From IMG/VR virus record IMGVR_UViG_3300030406_003049, positions 30,948-94,947 of that record: a DNA stretch of 64,000 nucleotides; one strand, 5' to 3'. The position numbers and the translations under genes are program-made. Within the stretch, counting starts at the first letter, position 1; each line of letters begins with the position of its first letter. The stretch comes from a virus. The notes under the pieces were generated by a model that saw nothing but the letters and a program-made list of their open reading frames with translations, ran no database searches and was not told the DNA's origin. Below are positions 1 to 9,932 of this stretch, piece after piece.

Positions 1-685
1 TACAACCTTTCTTAAGTTGCTTAACTCCATCTATCTTATGATAAGGCGACATAACTAAAGGATTCAAGCCTAAAGCACATGCCCTATCTAATAACTTAGG
101 TAAGTCAAACTTAAGACCAAACCATGCAATCAACATATCGGGGTCTTTAGCAATCATAGTTCCCATAAAGTGTTCTATCATTTCTTTTTCATTATCAAAA
201 CGATAATTGTCATTTCCTTCATAATCAGGAAACCATGCCCACTGATAATACAGTTCATCGTAATTATCATACACTACAATAGTAGTAATACAACCGTCAT
301 GTTCTCCGCCTTGCGCCCATTCCATATCCCAATACCACTTACGCATATTATATTCGGGCATTTCATTAACTTCATCAACTGCATATCTAAATGTATAAGG
401 CACATCAGCCTCATAAGTTTTAGTAAAGACTTGCCTAGCACCATTTATGTCATATGACTTTTCAACATATACTCTTTTTAGTGATTCGCCTTCTAAGTTT
501 TTCCAATCCCCTTCTTCGTATTCAAATTTACCCTTAGTATATTTATTCAAAGAATAAGTTGGTATTTCTTTTTCATCTGCTAAAACATAGAAGTATGGTC
601 TAAACTCTACTTCTTCGCTTTTCTTTACTCCGTTTTCTCTCCAAGATTTGTATATTGTATTTCCATTTTTATTACTAATTATCAT
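1..685 (-). CDS. polB: Family B DNA polymerase, N-terminal/3'-5' exonuclease part (runs off window start)
   Basis: Not in the ORF track. Manual translation from ATG at 685 (GAGG RBS): MIISNKNG...FRPYFYV...YEADVPY..RY...WYWDMEW (ExoI)...IAWFGLKFDLP (ExoII). Confidence 0.9.
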   Translation of the reverse strand, partial: MIISNKNGNTIYKSWRENGVKKSEEVEFRPYFYVLADEKEIPTYSLNKYTKGKFEYEEGDWKNLEGESLKRVYVEKSYDINGARQVFTKTYEADVPYTFRYAVDEVNEMPEYNMRKWYWDMEWAQGGEHDGCITTIVVYDNYDELYYQWAWFPDYEGNDNYRFDNEKEMIEHFMGTMIAKDPDMLIAWFGLKFDLPKLLDRACALGLNPLVMSPYHKIDGVKQLKKGC

Positions 686-694
686 TTACATTCC

Positions 695-1468
695 TCAATT
701 TGCTAAGTGCGGTGCTTTAATCAAGAGTTTATTCTCCGATATAATTAACATCGGGAAATCATCTTTGACATAAAAGTTCAACATTTCATTGTCAAACAAT
801 ACATGTAATGGGCTAGAAAAATCTAGCGTTGCTGATTCTCCGATACTATTTTCTAAGTCAATAGAAGTTTCAAACTTATTTGAGTTAGTAGTAGCACTAG
901 ACATTGATAATTTATTCTTATCATGTTCATAGTTTAAGTGATAAATACCACTACCAATTAACTCACAAAGTTTCATAGTCTCACTAAATGTATTTGAGTC
1001 TAATTGAAATGCGCCCTCAAACTTTGATTTGTTAAATTCAAACAAAGTTTCTATGTTTTCTTCGTAATGAACATCAATAACATATTGACCCATACGATTC
1101 AATGTGTCCATGTTAGGGTGATTCGCAATAGTAGGTTGTGAAAGTTTACTATTATTGTTTGTCATAGTAATAACATCATCACACTTTACTACTACATCAC
1201 CACTAAACTTCTTTAGATATTTTAGCAACTCTCCGGTTTCACCTACAACTGTTCCGTCTTCTTCGCCTTCAACTGTCAAATCAACTTTAACTATTAATGA
1301 ATTAATAGTGTCGCAATTCCACAAACTTAGTGTATTATTGTGCAATCTACCATAAAAGTTCTCTATTAGACTACTACTAGTTAGACTTGCACCGTTGAAG
1401 TATTTTCCTTTCAATTGTATATCTGTTAGTGCTTTAACTAAGTCTTTTGCATCTACTGTAAATTTCAT
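695..1468 (-). CDS. DNA sliding clamp (PCNA/beta-clamp-like)
   Basis: 257 aa; clamp-like N-terminus MKFTVDAKDL..AL and C-terminus PMLI...LLIKAP; lies next to polB and near RFC. Confidence 0.7.
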   Translation of the reverse strand: MKFTVDAKDLVKALTDIQLKGKYFNGASLTSSSLIENFYGRLHNNTLSLWNCDTINSLIVKVDLTVEGEEDGTVVGETGELLKYLKKFSGDVVVKCDDVITMTNNNSKLSQPTIANHPNMDTLNRMGQYVIDVHYEENIETLFEFNKSKFEGAFQLDSNTFSETMKLCELIGSGIYHLNYEHDKNKLSMSSATTNSNKFETSIDLENSIGESATLDFSSPLHVLFDNEMLNFYVKDDFPMLIISENKLLIKAPHLAN

Positions 1469-2235
1469 ATTGTTCCCTCTCTTAATTCTTTAATTCCATT
1501 CCATGTAATATTAGGTGGCGTTCCTTGTCTTACTGTCCACTTAGAACCAACAAGTTTACCATTTGTTCTACTACCCATAAGTTCAGCAAAGAAATGCGTT
1601 TCGCCCTTTACTTTCTTTTTTGAACAATAGATTTCTTGTTCAAGTTTACCGCCCCATTCTTTCCACATAGGAATCATACCAACGGCTACATTGTCCAAAT
1701 ATCTTTCAGTTTCGTGGGTAATAAAAATACAATCGCAATTTAGATTGTAAATTGTTTCTAATAAATAGTAGAACAATTTATTTCTATTACCATATTGAAA
1801 CGGCATAATTTTTGTTACGACTCTAGGATTAGGATTGACTTTTAGCATACAAGCGTCTAGCCAAGTATCTACTCCATCAATAACAAATATTGGGTTTTCA
1901 CCATTCTTTATTGATTCTTTAGCATGGTTTATGAATTGTAAAGAACGGTCTTCACTTTCATTAATGTCAATAATATTATCTTTAGTCATAACAATAGGAC
2001 AGAATACTTCTATTCTTTCCGTTGCGTTATGGTGTTGATACCAAGTAGACTCAACTCCTCTATCCCAATCTAAAACAAATATCTTCCTATCGGGGAAGTC
2101 TAACGCTAAACCAGTTTTACCTGTTTTTGGTTCACCCCAAATACCTAATACCATTCTTGATTTCATGCTCTCTCTCATTTTCTTTAGTAATTCACTAAAG
2201 TTTATTTTTTCTTTTCTAAAACTCATAATTTTCAC
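1465..2235 (-). CDS. AAA_24/Sak4-like P-loop ATPase (putative single-strand annealing recombinase)
   Basis: Walker A GEPKTGKT, LDWDRG, Walker B FVIDGVD, IFITHE; SSB gene nearby. Confidence 0.65.
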   Translation of the reverse strand: MKIMSFRKEKINFSELLKKMRESMKSRMVLGIWGEPKTGKTGLALDFPDRKIFVLDWDRGVESTWYQHHNATERIEVFCPIVMTKDNIIDINESEDRSLQFINHAKESIKNGENPIFVIDGVDTWLDACMLKVNPNPRVVTKIMPFQYGNRNKLFYYLLETIYNLNCDCIFITHETERYLDNVAVGMIPMWKEWGGKLEQEIYCSKKKVKGETHFFAELMGSRTNGKLVGSKWTVRQGTPPNITWNGIKELREGTI

Positions 2236-2485
2236 CTATCTCATTTCTTTCTAATAATAATTCTGTTTCTTTCAATAATCCCCATGTGTTCAATATATGA
2301 CACAACTCATCTTTGCCTTCACAAATATATCTTGTTTCCTTAGTTCCCACATGAAGTTTAATCCAATAACTATCTTTTTTGTTTTCATTTTCCTTCCAAG
2401 TAATGAAGTCCACTTTTTCTAAATCAATAATATAACTTTCATTCTTAAGAAGGAATCTATCTTCTATAATTCCTTTTCTATACAT
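2216..2485 (-). CDS. Hypothetical protein
   Basis: 89-aa ORF in operon with RBS. Confidence 0.6.
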   Translation of the reverse strand: MYRKGIIEDRFLLKNESYIIDLEKVDFITWKENENKKDSYWIKLHVGTKETRYICEGKDELCHILNTWGLLKETELLLERNEIGENYEF

Positions 2486-2661
2486 TTTAAATCCTCTTAA
2501 AAAATAGGCATCGCACCTATCCGAGTGTCAATTGTCCGAACACAAGTTCACACTTACACTTGCTATCTTATTACTCCCCACATGAAATCTGTAATGTCGC
2601 CAACACATCATACCCCAACTAAAACCCTTTACGACATTTCTAGGGGGGGAATAATAGGAAT

Positions 2662-2982
2662 TTACTGCTCCGAAAGCCAATATTCTTTTGTAATGAATGA
2701 CTTATCTACTCTAACTAATACATCACCAACAACTCTAGGTGCTAGTGATTCTAGTTGCATATTAGCCAAGTAGTTATCTTTTAGACCATGTAAAAGTCCT
2801 TCTTCATTTACAATCATATCTTTTATTTCGGGAGTTAAATATACATTAGGCATGTATTCAATACGGCCTCCTACTGCCTTTTGCATTTGCTCTAGTGTTG
2901 GTTTGTCTTCAAACACTTCACCCTTCAAACGCCAAAGGCAATTATCCTCAACTTTAATTTCTACCCATATATCATTACTCAA
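2662..2982 (-). CDS. DUF3846-like phage protein
   Basis: LEQMQKAVGGRIE...MIVNEEGLL.GL..N...VVGDVLV pattern. Confidence 0.65.
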   Translation of the reverse strand: MSNDIWVEIKVEDNCLWRLKGEVFEDKPTLEQMQKAVGGRIEYMPNVYLTPEIKDMIVNEEGLLHGLKDNYLANMQLESLAPRVVGDVLVRVDKSFITKEYWLSEQ

Positions 2983-2994
2983 ATAACCATCTCC

Positions 2995-4230
2995 TCAAAA
3001 CCAAATATCTTCATCTTCAAAGACTGCATCGGTTTCTTCCGCTATTGGATTACCAAAGGCTTCTTGAACTAACAAACCACTAGTGTTAATAGTAATTGGT
3101 TCAGCCTCTCCATCAATAATTCTTTGAGAAGTTCTACCGACAACAATGACGGTTGAACCGATACCAAAGTTGATATTGATATGTTCGGGAATCCAACATG
3201 TAGTTGCTAAGTTGTCTTCATCGGATTCTGTCAATTCCATATCGCTCGCTTTATCAGTAATAGATAAGATTCTATTACCATTAGCAGTCGGTGTCATTCT
3301 TTGATTAACAACTGTTCCTTCAACGATAGCGAACCTGTCTTTGGTTGCTTCCATCTGTAAGTTAGTATGTAGTCTATCCAAATCAACAAGCGGTGTTGCA
3401 TTCTTAATGTAGTTTTCAAACAAACAAGATGAAAAGTCAAAAGAACTCATATCCCTATAATCACTATTATCGGGGTTTACATCTTCGTTTCTAATCAAAC
3501 TATCTTTGGTAGCCATAGTCATACCATACAAGTTTGCCCCATCATCACTAGGAATAGCCTTGAAATGAACCCAATCAAAAGTATCGGGTGCAAAATCAAT
3601 TCCTCCTTGATTCTTATAAGAGAAGTAGTAAGACTTCATTTCTCCGCCATCAACGCTTCCAAAGAAAATTCCATTTCTTCTAAACTCATTCTTAGGCAAA
3701 GGCTTACCATATCTCTTATTTTCAGTTCCGCTTGCATAGTTAGGCATATTATCCAACGGGATAATTATTGTCCCATCTTCAAGTTCTTCTGCTCCATCAA
3801 CAAGAGTCTTAGCAACCTTTTCTTGGTAGTCGCCTTTGTAGTATCTAGCAATTGTAAAGGTTCCATCATCGTTTTCGGTAGCGGTTGCTACTATTCCTTC
3901 TTCCAAAGCCTTATCATTATCTCGCAAGAACTCCTCTTTTGCCTTGTTTCTGCTCCAACTCATCATATCTCTTGGTGCTTCCAAACTTACAAAGAAACCA
4001 AATGCGCTCTTAACTAAACTGTTAGAACCGCTATTGTTGTTTGTTGTCTTTGCTTTCATGTTTCCACGCACATAGTTTCTAAGAAGTGATACCGCTATAT
4101 CGCTATCAACTTCTACTCCGTTCTCTTCGCAAAAAGAACGGTATATTACTACCATTTCGTCGGTAGTGATATTTAGGTGCTTTGCTCCAATCTCTATTTC
4201 TTTCATTATTTTTTCTGGTATATCTTTCAT
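2995..4230 (-). CDS. OB-fold single-stranded DNA-binding protein (RPA-like)
   Basis: C-terminal OB-like strand pattern (IVEGTVV...ILSITD...CW...GSTVIVVGRT), acidic tail EDEDIWF, replication-operon context. Confidence 0.65.
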   Translation of the reverse strand: MKDIPEKIMKEIEIGAKHLNITTDEMVVIYRSFCEENGVEVDSDIAVSLLRNYVRGNMKAKTTNNNSGSNSLVKSAFGFFVSLEAPRDMMSWSRNKAKEEFLRDNDKALEEGIVATATENDDGTFTIARYYKGDYQEKVAKTLVDGAEELEDGTIIIPLDNMPNYASGTENKRYGKPLPKNEFRRNGIFFGSVDGGEMKSYYFSYKNQGGIDFAPDTFDWVHFKAIPSDDGANLYGMTMATKDSLIRNEDVNPDNSDYRDMSSFDFSSCLFENYIKNATPLVDLDRLHTNLQMEATKDRFAIVEGTVVNQRMTPTANGNRILSITDKASDMELTESDEDNLATTCWIPEHININFGIGSTVIVVGRTSQRIIDGEAEPITINTSGLLVQEAFGNPIAEETDAVFEDEDIWF

Positions 4231-4243
4231 ATTTTTTTCCTCC

Positions 4244-5158
4244 TTAGATTAATTGTCCAACTATCCATGAAATTATTATTTTAGGGGTCATGGCGGTTGA
4301 ACGATATTCTCCTTCCCCTATTACCCTAAGAAGTTGAAACTTCTTAGCGGAATCTAAACCATCGGCAGTTAAAACCGAATTATGAAGTCCTAAACAAATC
4401 TCTTTCACGCTTCTTCCTCCATACAAAATGTCATGTAATTTGTCTAATGTTTCATTCGGTTTTTTATCAATTATTAATTTTAATATTTCATCAAACTCTT
4501 TCAATGAATCCTGCATCTGTTTTTTCAGCGTAAAGTTTGAGGCTCTTGCCGCTTGAATCTCGGTAATCGCCCTGCGTAAATCACCATCTAATTGATATAT
4601 AAAGCGAGCCAAGTCTTCATCAGCGAATCCTTCAACTCCTTCTTTCTCAAGAATATCCTTGATAACTTCAAGGACAACTTCATTCTTCAATGGATTAAAC
4701 CTATAATTAGCACATCTACTTTGAAGCGGAAATATAATCTTAGACTTATCATTACAAGTAATGATGAATCTAATATTACTAGCATATCTTTCCATAATTC
4801 TTTTCATGGCGTTTTGTGCGTCATTAGTCATTCCATCTAACTCATCTAATAGCATAATTCTAAATGGTGCATCACCAATAGTTCCGCTTTGTGCTACTTG
4901 TTTGATTGTAGTTCTTACAGTTTCTAGTCTTCTATCATCACTAGCATTTACTTCAAAGAAGTTATCTTTGAATAAATCTCCTAACATAGACTTAGCAAGT
5001 GCAATTGCCGCACCTGTCTTACCTGTTCCTTGCATTCCATAAGCAAGAACATTAGGCATATTATTTTCTAATACCCATTGTTCTGCATCTAATACAAAAT
5101 GCTCTTGTCCTACAATATCACTTAATTTACTTGGTCTGTATTTTTCTGTCCATAACAT
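4244..5158 (-). CDS. rfcS: Replication factor C small subunit (clamp loader)
   Basis: LWTEKYRP, GMQGTGKT, EVNASDDR, LLDELD, LQSRC, GDLRRAI. Confidence 0.95.
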   Translation of the reverse strand: MLWTEKYRPSKLSDIVGQEHFVLDAEQWVLENNMPNVLAYGMQGTGKTGAAIALAKSMLGDLFKDNFFEVNASDDRRLETVRTTIKQVAQSGTIGDAPFRIMLLDELDGMTNDAQNAMKRIMERYASNIRFIITCNDKSKIIFPLQSRCANYRFNPLKNEVVLEVIKDILEKEGVEGFADEDLARFIYQLDGDLRRAITEIQAARASNFTLKKQMQDSLKEFDEILKLIIDKKPNETLDKLHDILYGGRSVKEICLGLHNSVLTADGLDSAKKFQLLRVIGEGEYRSTAMTPKIIISWIVGQLI

Positions 5159-5382
5159 TACAAAGCCTCCAATTTAGATTCTATTTCTTTAACTAATTTA
5201 TACATAATTTCACTTAGCCAACCATAAGGTTCTTGAATATTAACCTCTCCTATATTATCTAAAATATCAGTAATATAGCCTTCTGCTCTACTAGCCCATT
5301 CGTGCAGTTCTTCAAGTTGTTCGGCTTCATATGCTTTTGATTTTAGTTCTTCGCTTTTTCTTTCTAATTCTTCACTTTTCAT
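5158..5382 (-). CDS. Hypothetical protein
   Basis: 74-aa coupled ORF. Confidence 0.55.
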   Translation of the reverse strand: MKSEELERKSEELKSKAYEAEQLEELHEWASRAEGYITDILDNIGEVNIQEPYGWLSEIMYKLVKEIESKLEAL

Positions 5383-5625
5383 TTCTCTCCCTCCAATTCA
5401 TCAATTAAATCAACTAACTGATTAAATGCGTGTTCATATTCTTTCTTTACTTCGTAAAGGTAGGCTATACGAGTAAGTCTCTTTATTATCTCTTTTTTCT
5501 TCATTTTTATTCCTCCTCAAATTTAATCAGTTCTTGTTCTATTGAATTATGCTCCGGCATTAATAGTCCTCCTAACCAATAAAGAAAACCTGCAAAAAAT
5601 AATAATACTACTATTTCAAATCCCA

Positions 5626-5913
5626 TTATTTATTCCTCCTATTGCTCCATGTAGCCTGTTTGGTGGCTTTACTAAATCCTGTCTTCTTGAAGTGGCGACC
5701 TAACATACTACCTAATTCAATAGTAGTCAATTCATATTTTACTCTATTAAAAGACAAATCTTCTAAATCCACATATCCATGAACAATCTCAAATATTTCT
5801 CTTGTTGTCAAATTCTCTTTTTTATTTAATGTCTTCTCTATTCTTTTTCTAATCATTTGCTTCACCATATTTTTTCCCCCATATAGTCTGTTTGGTTTGA
5901 TTACAGAAACCAA
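5626..5913 (-). CDS. Winged-helix DNA-binding protein (paralog 1; start probably internal MVKQM)
   Basis: LTTREIFEIV..LTTIELGSML..F.K.GF..TKQATW; paralog of the adjacent ORF. Confidence 0.55.
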   Translation of the reverse strand: MVSVIKPNRLYGGKNMVKQMIRKRIEKTLNKKENLTTREIFEIVHGYVDLEDLSFNRVKYELTTIELGSMLGRHFKKTGFSKATKQATWSNRRNK

Positions 5914-6136
5914 CTTTATTACAAGTGTGTCTCAATACCATTTGTAATTCATTCTTAGTCAATACATCTTTCTTTACCCTTCTACCTTCTTTTTTGGTAG
6001 TTGCATTATGTATTGCTTCGTATATTTCACCAGTAGTCATATTTCTATTTTCTACCATCTCGCTTATTCTCATTTTTACTCTCTTTCTTTTTCTCATTAT
6101 TTTCACCTTGTTTTTTATGATGATTACAATAGCCAT
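5849..6136 (-). CDS. Winged-helix DNA-binding protein (paralog 2; likely start 6097)
   Basis: MTTGEIYEAI..LTKNELQMVL..KVGF..TKQTIW; GGTGA RBS before 6097. Confidence 0.55.
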   Translation of the reverse strand: MAIVIIIKNKVKIMRKRKRVKMRISEMVENRNMTTGEIYEAIHNATTKKEGRRVKKDVLTKNELQMVLRHTCNKVGFCNQTKQTIWGKKYGEAND

Positions 6137-6317
6137 CTACTACTATTGCTCTACATCTTTTACCTGTGCCTTTAGATATGCCTTTACAGAAAAAATGTTC
6201 CGGTAAATTATCTCTATCACTAAGACACGATAAACAAATTTTAACTTTAGACTTAGACCTACAACCTAAGCCCTTCCCACATATTACACAACTATGGGCG
6301 TGTATTGTGTGTTTCAT
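6045..6317 (-). CDS. Zinc-finger protein
   Basis: CxxC...CxxC plus C-x9-C-x7-C-x2-H motifs. Confidence 0.55.
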   Translation of the reverse strand: MKHTIHAHSCVICGKGLGCRSKSKVKICLSCLSDRDNLPEHFFCKGISKGTGKRCRAIVVDGYCNHHKKQGENNEKKKESKNENKRDGRK

Positions 6318-7162
6318 AGAAAGTCCTCCAAAGATGAACCCTTCTTTTTTACAGTTGGTTTCTTCTTACGGACTTTCTTTTCACCTAAACCTAAATCTCT
6401 ACATTGTGTATTGTTCAGTTTAGTTTTTGCATACTTAACAAAATCTTCATCATTTGTTAATTGCTTGAATACTCTCTTGCTACCGTTCTTTATTCCTAAT
6501 TTCTTAATTAAATATGAAGTCTTAGTGTATGGTCTATACTTAGGAAGATTGAATCTACCGTAATGCTTACCATTATGAACATAGGCTAACATTTCATAGA
6601 AATAATCTTGACTCCATTTTCTTTTTACTTTAGCATCAATAAACAATAACTTGTTTGGGTGTAGATTTTCTCCCAACACATTCATTATTTGATAGTCTTT
6701 AGGTTTGTTTACCTTTAGAAGTTTAGCCATCATATCTCTATCACTTTCTCTTAGGTAATTATTAGCCAAAGTAAAAGTGTCCATGTGCATAGAATATGGT
6801 TCTTCACTTCTAGGAGCAAGTTCTTTTATTGAATCAAAAAGATGTTTGACTGTTCCTGCTCTTTTCATTTTACAAAGAGCCTTCACTTCCTTTGGAATAT
6901 CCTTTTCGTTTATTGATGTGAAAATCAAACTACCTCTATATCTTCTAATTATACGCAATAAAGATTCTTTTTGTGTATTATAATGTATATCTTCAATAAT
7001 AAGTCCATTTTCAACATTAACAGAACTTGCGTCTATTTCTAATTCATCGCCATATAGAACCAAAGCATCTGGGAGCATTCCTTTAGCCATTGTTGTTTTT
7101 CCTGTTCCTGTTTTCCCTGTTATTATTATTGGTCTATTTCTATTCATATTTGTTAATCCCAT
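6314..7162 (-). CDS. Compact RFC large subunit-like AAA+ protein
   Basis: Walker A GKTGTGKTT, IIEDI, Lys-rich tail ending SSLEDFL (PIP-box-like, as in archaeal RFC-L). Confidence 0.6.
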   Translation of the reverse strand: MGLTNMNRNRPIIITGKTGTGKTTMAKGMLPDALVLYGDELEIDASSVNVENGLIIEDIHYNTQKESLLRIIRRYRGSLIFTSINEKDIPKEVKALCKMKRAGTVKHLFDSIKELAPRSEEPYSMHMDTFTLANNYLRESDRDMMAKLLKVNKPKDYQIMNVLGENLHPNKLLFIDAKVKRKWSQDYFYEMLAYVHNGKHYGRFNLPKYRPYTKTSYLIKKLGIKNGSKRVFKQLTNDEDFVKYAKTKLNNTQCRDLGLGEKKVRKKKPTVKKKGSSLEDFL

Positions 7163-7593
7163 TACATAACCCCTTTTAATTTAAATAATTCTTCTAAGCC
7201 TTCTAATTGAAGATGCCTCGCTTCGGCAACTATTCTCACTGCCTTTTTAAAATCAGCGAAGTTATTGTTAGCATCGGGCAACTTCACCAAGAAGTTATGA
7301 ACCACTAATGCAATATTTTTAATTCCTGTAATTATCAAAATTGGTGTTGGCCGACTTTTGTTTTGTTGCGCTTTGTATTTTGATTCTATCCCATACTGAA
7401 TTAAACTTCTTTGTATGGCGTGTAAGAAATCAGCACTACCTCTAATATTAATACTAAGTTTAGTTCTATATCCTATTAATATCTCATCGTTTTTTGTTAT
7501 GCTGATGTGTCCGTTAGCCTTAGCAAGAAATATACCTGTTAGCATATCTTTACTATACATTGGACTCAACCTCAAAGAATCCGATAAACTCAT
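7162..7593 (-). CDS. Degenerate LAGLIDADG-fold protein
   Basis: LTGIFLAKANG occupies the LAGLIDADG position without the acidic residue; downstream FLHAIQRSL..YGI pattern and HL..EGLEEL tail. Confidence 0.55.
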   Translation of the reverse strand: MSLSDSLRLSPMYSKDMLTGIFLAKANGHISITKNDEILIGYRTKLSINIRGSADFLHAIQRSLIQYGIESKYKAQQNKSRPTPILIITGIKNIALVVHNFLVKLPDANNNFADFKKAVRIVAEARHLQLEGLEELFKLKGVM

Positions 7594-7930
7594 TTTCCAC
7601 TTGCATGTAATCCATACCTTCTTTTAATAAATCACTAATGTATTGGCTATCGTCTTGAAAAGAACCTGCTAAAGCAATATTTAGATTAGTGTTGGCTACT
7701 CTACCAAATAGAGAAGCCATCTCGGAATCTTCTTTAGTTTCAATTACTGTTATGTGTTTTTCAAAATCGTCTACCAAAACAACATTACTATTTATCTTAA
7801 TTGCTACATATAAGCCCTTAGTTAAAATAAATAAATCCTCATCGGACATATCACTATACACCGCAAAAGAAAAGATAGATACCTTACCAAATTTATTTAT
7901 CATCAATTCTATTTCCGGTGGATTATTCAT
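7553..7930 (-). CDS. Hypothetical protein
   Basis: 125-aa coupled ORF. Confidence 0.55.
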   Translation of the reverse strand: MNNPPEIELMINKFGKVSIFSFAVYSDMSDEDLFILTKGLYVAIKINSNVVLVDDFEKHITVIETKEDSEMASLFGRVANTNLNIALAGSFQDDSQYISDLLKEGMDYMQVENEFIGFFEVESNV

Positions 7931-9459
7931 ACAAGTGCCTCCACATCTTCTATCGTATTTATATCCGCCACAAACTTATCATGTCTTATTCTTTTACATC
8001 GTGGGAATCTTAGCCCATAATTGCCTTTAGCATCTTGGCTAACTAAGTCTGCTGATACTTCTAAAACAACTCTAGGCAATAAGTTATATGTGCCGTTATC
8101 ATAAGTTTCAACATTCTTTCTAAGTTCATTTGTTAGCCAAACTAAATCAGCATCACTAAAACCTGTTCCAATAGAACCGATTGATTTGAAGCCACTATCG
8201 CTCTTTACAGAAATACCAAAAGTTCCGAATACATTTGCTCTTGAGCCTTCGCCATATTTAGCAGTAGTAATGGCCACATCTAATTCAATGCGAGGAGGCT
8301 TGTATTTAGCCCACCCTGCGCTTCTTTTACCTGCCTCATAGGGTAAACTAGTATCTTTGACAATAATGCCCTCAAAACCATCGTTAATTGCTCTATTATA
8401 GAATGCTAGAACATCACCGCCCTCTTCCATTCTATGTGCTTGGTCGGGCAGTTGTGAAAATTTAGCCAATCTTTCAGCGTAAGGTAAGTCCATTATAGTT
8501 TCATCACCAAACTTAAGACAATCAAATATAACCCACTTGACTTTAACTTTCTGTAGTGCTTCTTCATGGTCTTTAGAATGAACTCTTGTTCCCATTAGTT
8601 TATGTTCAGCAGGTGAACCATCATCTTTAATTGGGTATATTTCACCATCAAGAATACAATCTACTTCATATTGTCTAACTGTTTCTACAACATCTTGAAA
8701 TTGAGGAGTAGCGATATTACCTTTACGATTAAAGATAATTACACTATCTCCTTGTTTGTGTATTTGGTATCTATTGCCGTCATATTTGTAATCAACAATT
8801 TTATCTTTAGGCCATTTATTCATAGGAACTTCTTTTGCTAACATTGGTTTTACAAAAGAGCCATGAGATAATTTCATAGGCGGTTCTTCTTTCATTTCAT
8901 AATATACACAAAGATTACCTAAACTGTTGAAGTTAGCATGTTTCTTTACTTCACTAATTTTCTTGTCGTAGTGTTTTGCTAATATCTTTTTAACGACTCC
9001 GCTATCAATGCCGTTTGTTGGTGAACCTAACCAGTATCTAACAAACCATTTTCTTTCTAAGGCTGACATTTTTAATAAAACATCTTGCACTAAAAGGAAA
9101 GAGGCATCGTTTACAGAACCACAAGCGTTCTCTAAAACTCTTAGAACAGAAACGATACCTATGTTTCTTTGAGTTTCTGCCCCTGTATCTAGTAAATATA
9201 TTGCTTCTCCTAATTCTCCATCTATTGCATACAAGGTTTCTATTTCATCGTCAAAGCAATTAAAAATCTTAGTTAGCCAAGACTTAGCCTTTGCTAAACC
9301 AATATTATTACTAGGGTATTCTCTAGCCAAAATCTGTATTGCTACGCTTTTACTAGAAGTAAACTTATCTAGTTCTGTTGCTATTAATTTTACTTGTTCC
9401 GTTGGTGTCTTTCCTTTCGTGGATTCTAACAATCGGCTCATCATTTTCCAATCTATCAT
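7927..9459 (-). CDS. lig: ATP-dependent DNA ligase (archaeal type, with DNA-binding domain)
   Basis: KPMLA, KYDGNR (motif I), LDGEI, FDCL, EGIIVK, WAKYK, LRFPR..RIRHDK. Confidence 0.95.
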   Translation of the reverse strand: MIDWKMMSRLLESTKGKTPTEQVKLIATELDKFTSSKSVAIQILAREYPSNNIGLAKAKSWLTKIFNCFDDEIETLYAIDGELGEAIYLLDTGAETQRNIGIVSVLRVLENACGSVNDASFLLVQDVLLKMSALERKWFVRYWLGSPTNGIDSGVVKKILAKHYDKKISEVKKHANFNSLGNLCVYYEMKEEPPMKLSHGSFVKPMLAKEVPMNKWPKDKIVDYKYDGNRYQIHKQGDSVIIFNRKGNIATPQFQDVVETVRQYEVDCILDGEIYPIKDDGSPAEHKLMGTRVHSKDHEEALQKVKVKWVIFDCLKFGDETIMDLPYAERLAKFSQLPDQAHRMEEGGDVLAFYNRAINDGFEGIIVKDTSLPYEAGKRSAGWAKYKPPRIELDVAITTAKYGEGSRANVFGTFGISVKSDSGFKSIGSIGTGFSDADLVWLTNELRKNVETYDNGTYNLLPRVVLEVSADLVSQDAKGNYGLRFPRCKRIRHDKFVADINTIEDVEALV

Positions 9460-9601
9460 CTATAATCATCTCCATATTTGTATTTATTTTGTAAACTAAT
9501 TCTTTTAGAAGGTCGCTTATTTTACCTTCATGCTTTTCGGCATATGTCCACATAGCATTTGCTAAGTATATCCATTCATTCTTCTTCATCATCTTCACCA
9601 C
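9365..9601 (-). CDS. Hypothetical protein
   Basis: 78-aa ORF overlapping the ligase start. Confidence 0.45.
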   Translation of the reverse strand: MVKMMKKNEWIYLANAMWTYAEKHEGKISDLLKELVYKINTNMEMIIDDRLENDEPIVRIHERKDTNGTSKINSNRTR

Positions 9602-9932
9602 TATTGATAACTCCCATTATTCTAGTAAAGTTAATCATAATGGCGTTCATTACTTGAACTTCATCTAACTTATCTAACTCAACTAACTTATTAGTCATAG
9701 AAACTAGAGTTCCTTGAACAATAGGTGGGGCTAAAGTGGCTAGTTTAGTGTCTGTTTGTATCTCCCAATACATAACAAAAGACGCTCTTGTAAATTCATT
9801 AGCCTTTTTTATTTGAGAAAAGTCTGCTTCAAAGTGTTCTAACAATCTTTCGTTAGGTAGTTTCTTTCTAATGGCTTTACCCCATTCATCTAACTTTTTA
9901 TTATTCCGCCAAATTCTAACATACTTGAGCAT
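9576..9932 (-). CDS. Hypothetical protein
   Basis: 118-aa coupled ORF. Confidence 0.6.
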   Translation of the reverse strand: MLKYVRIWRNNKKLDEWGKAIRKKLPNERLLEHFEADFSQIKKANEFTRASFVMYWEIQTDTKLATLAPPIVQGTLVSMTNKLVELDKLDEVQVMNAIMINFTRIMGVINSGEDDEEE

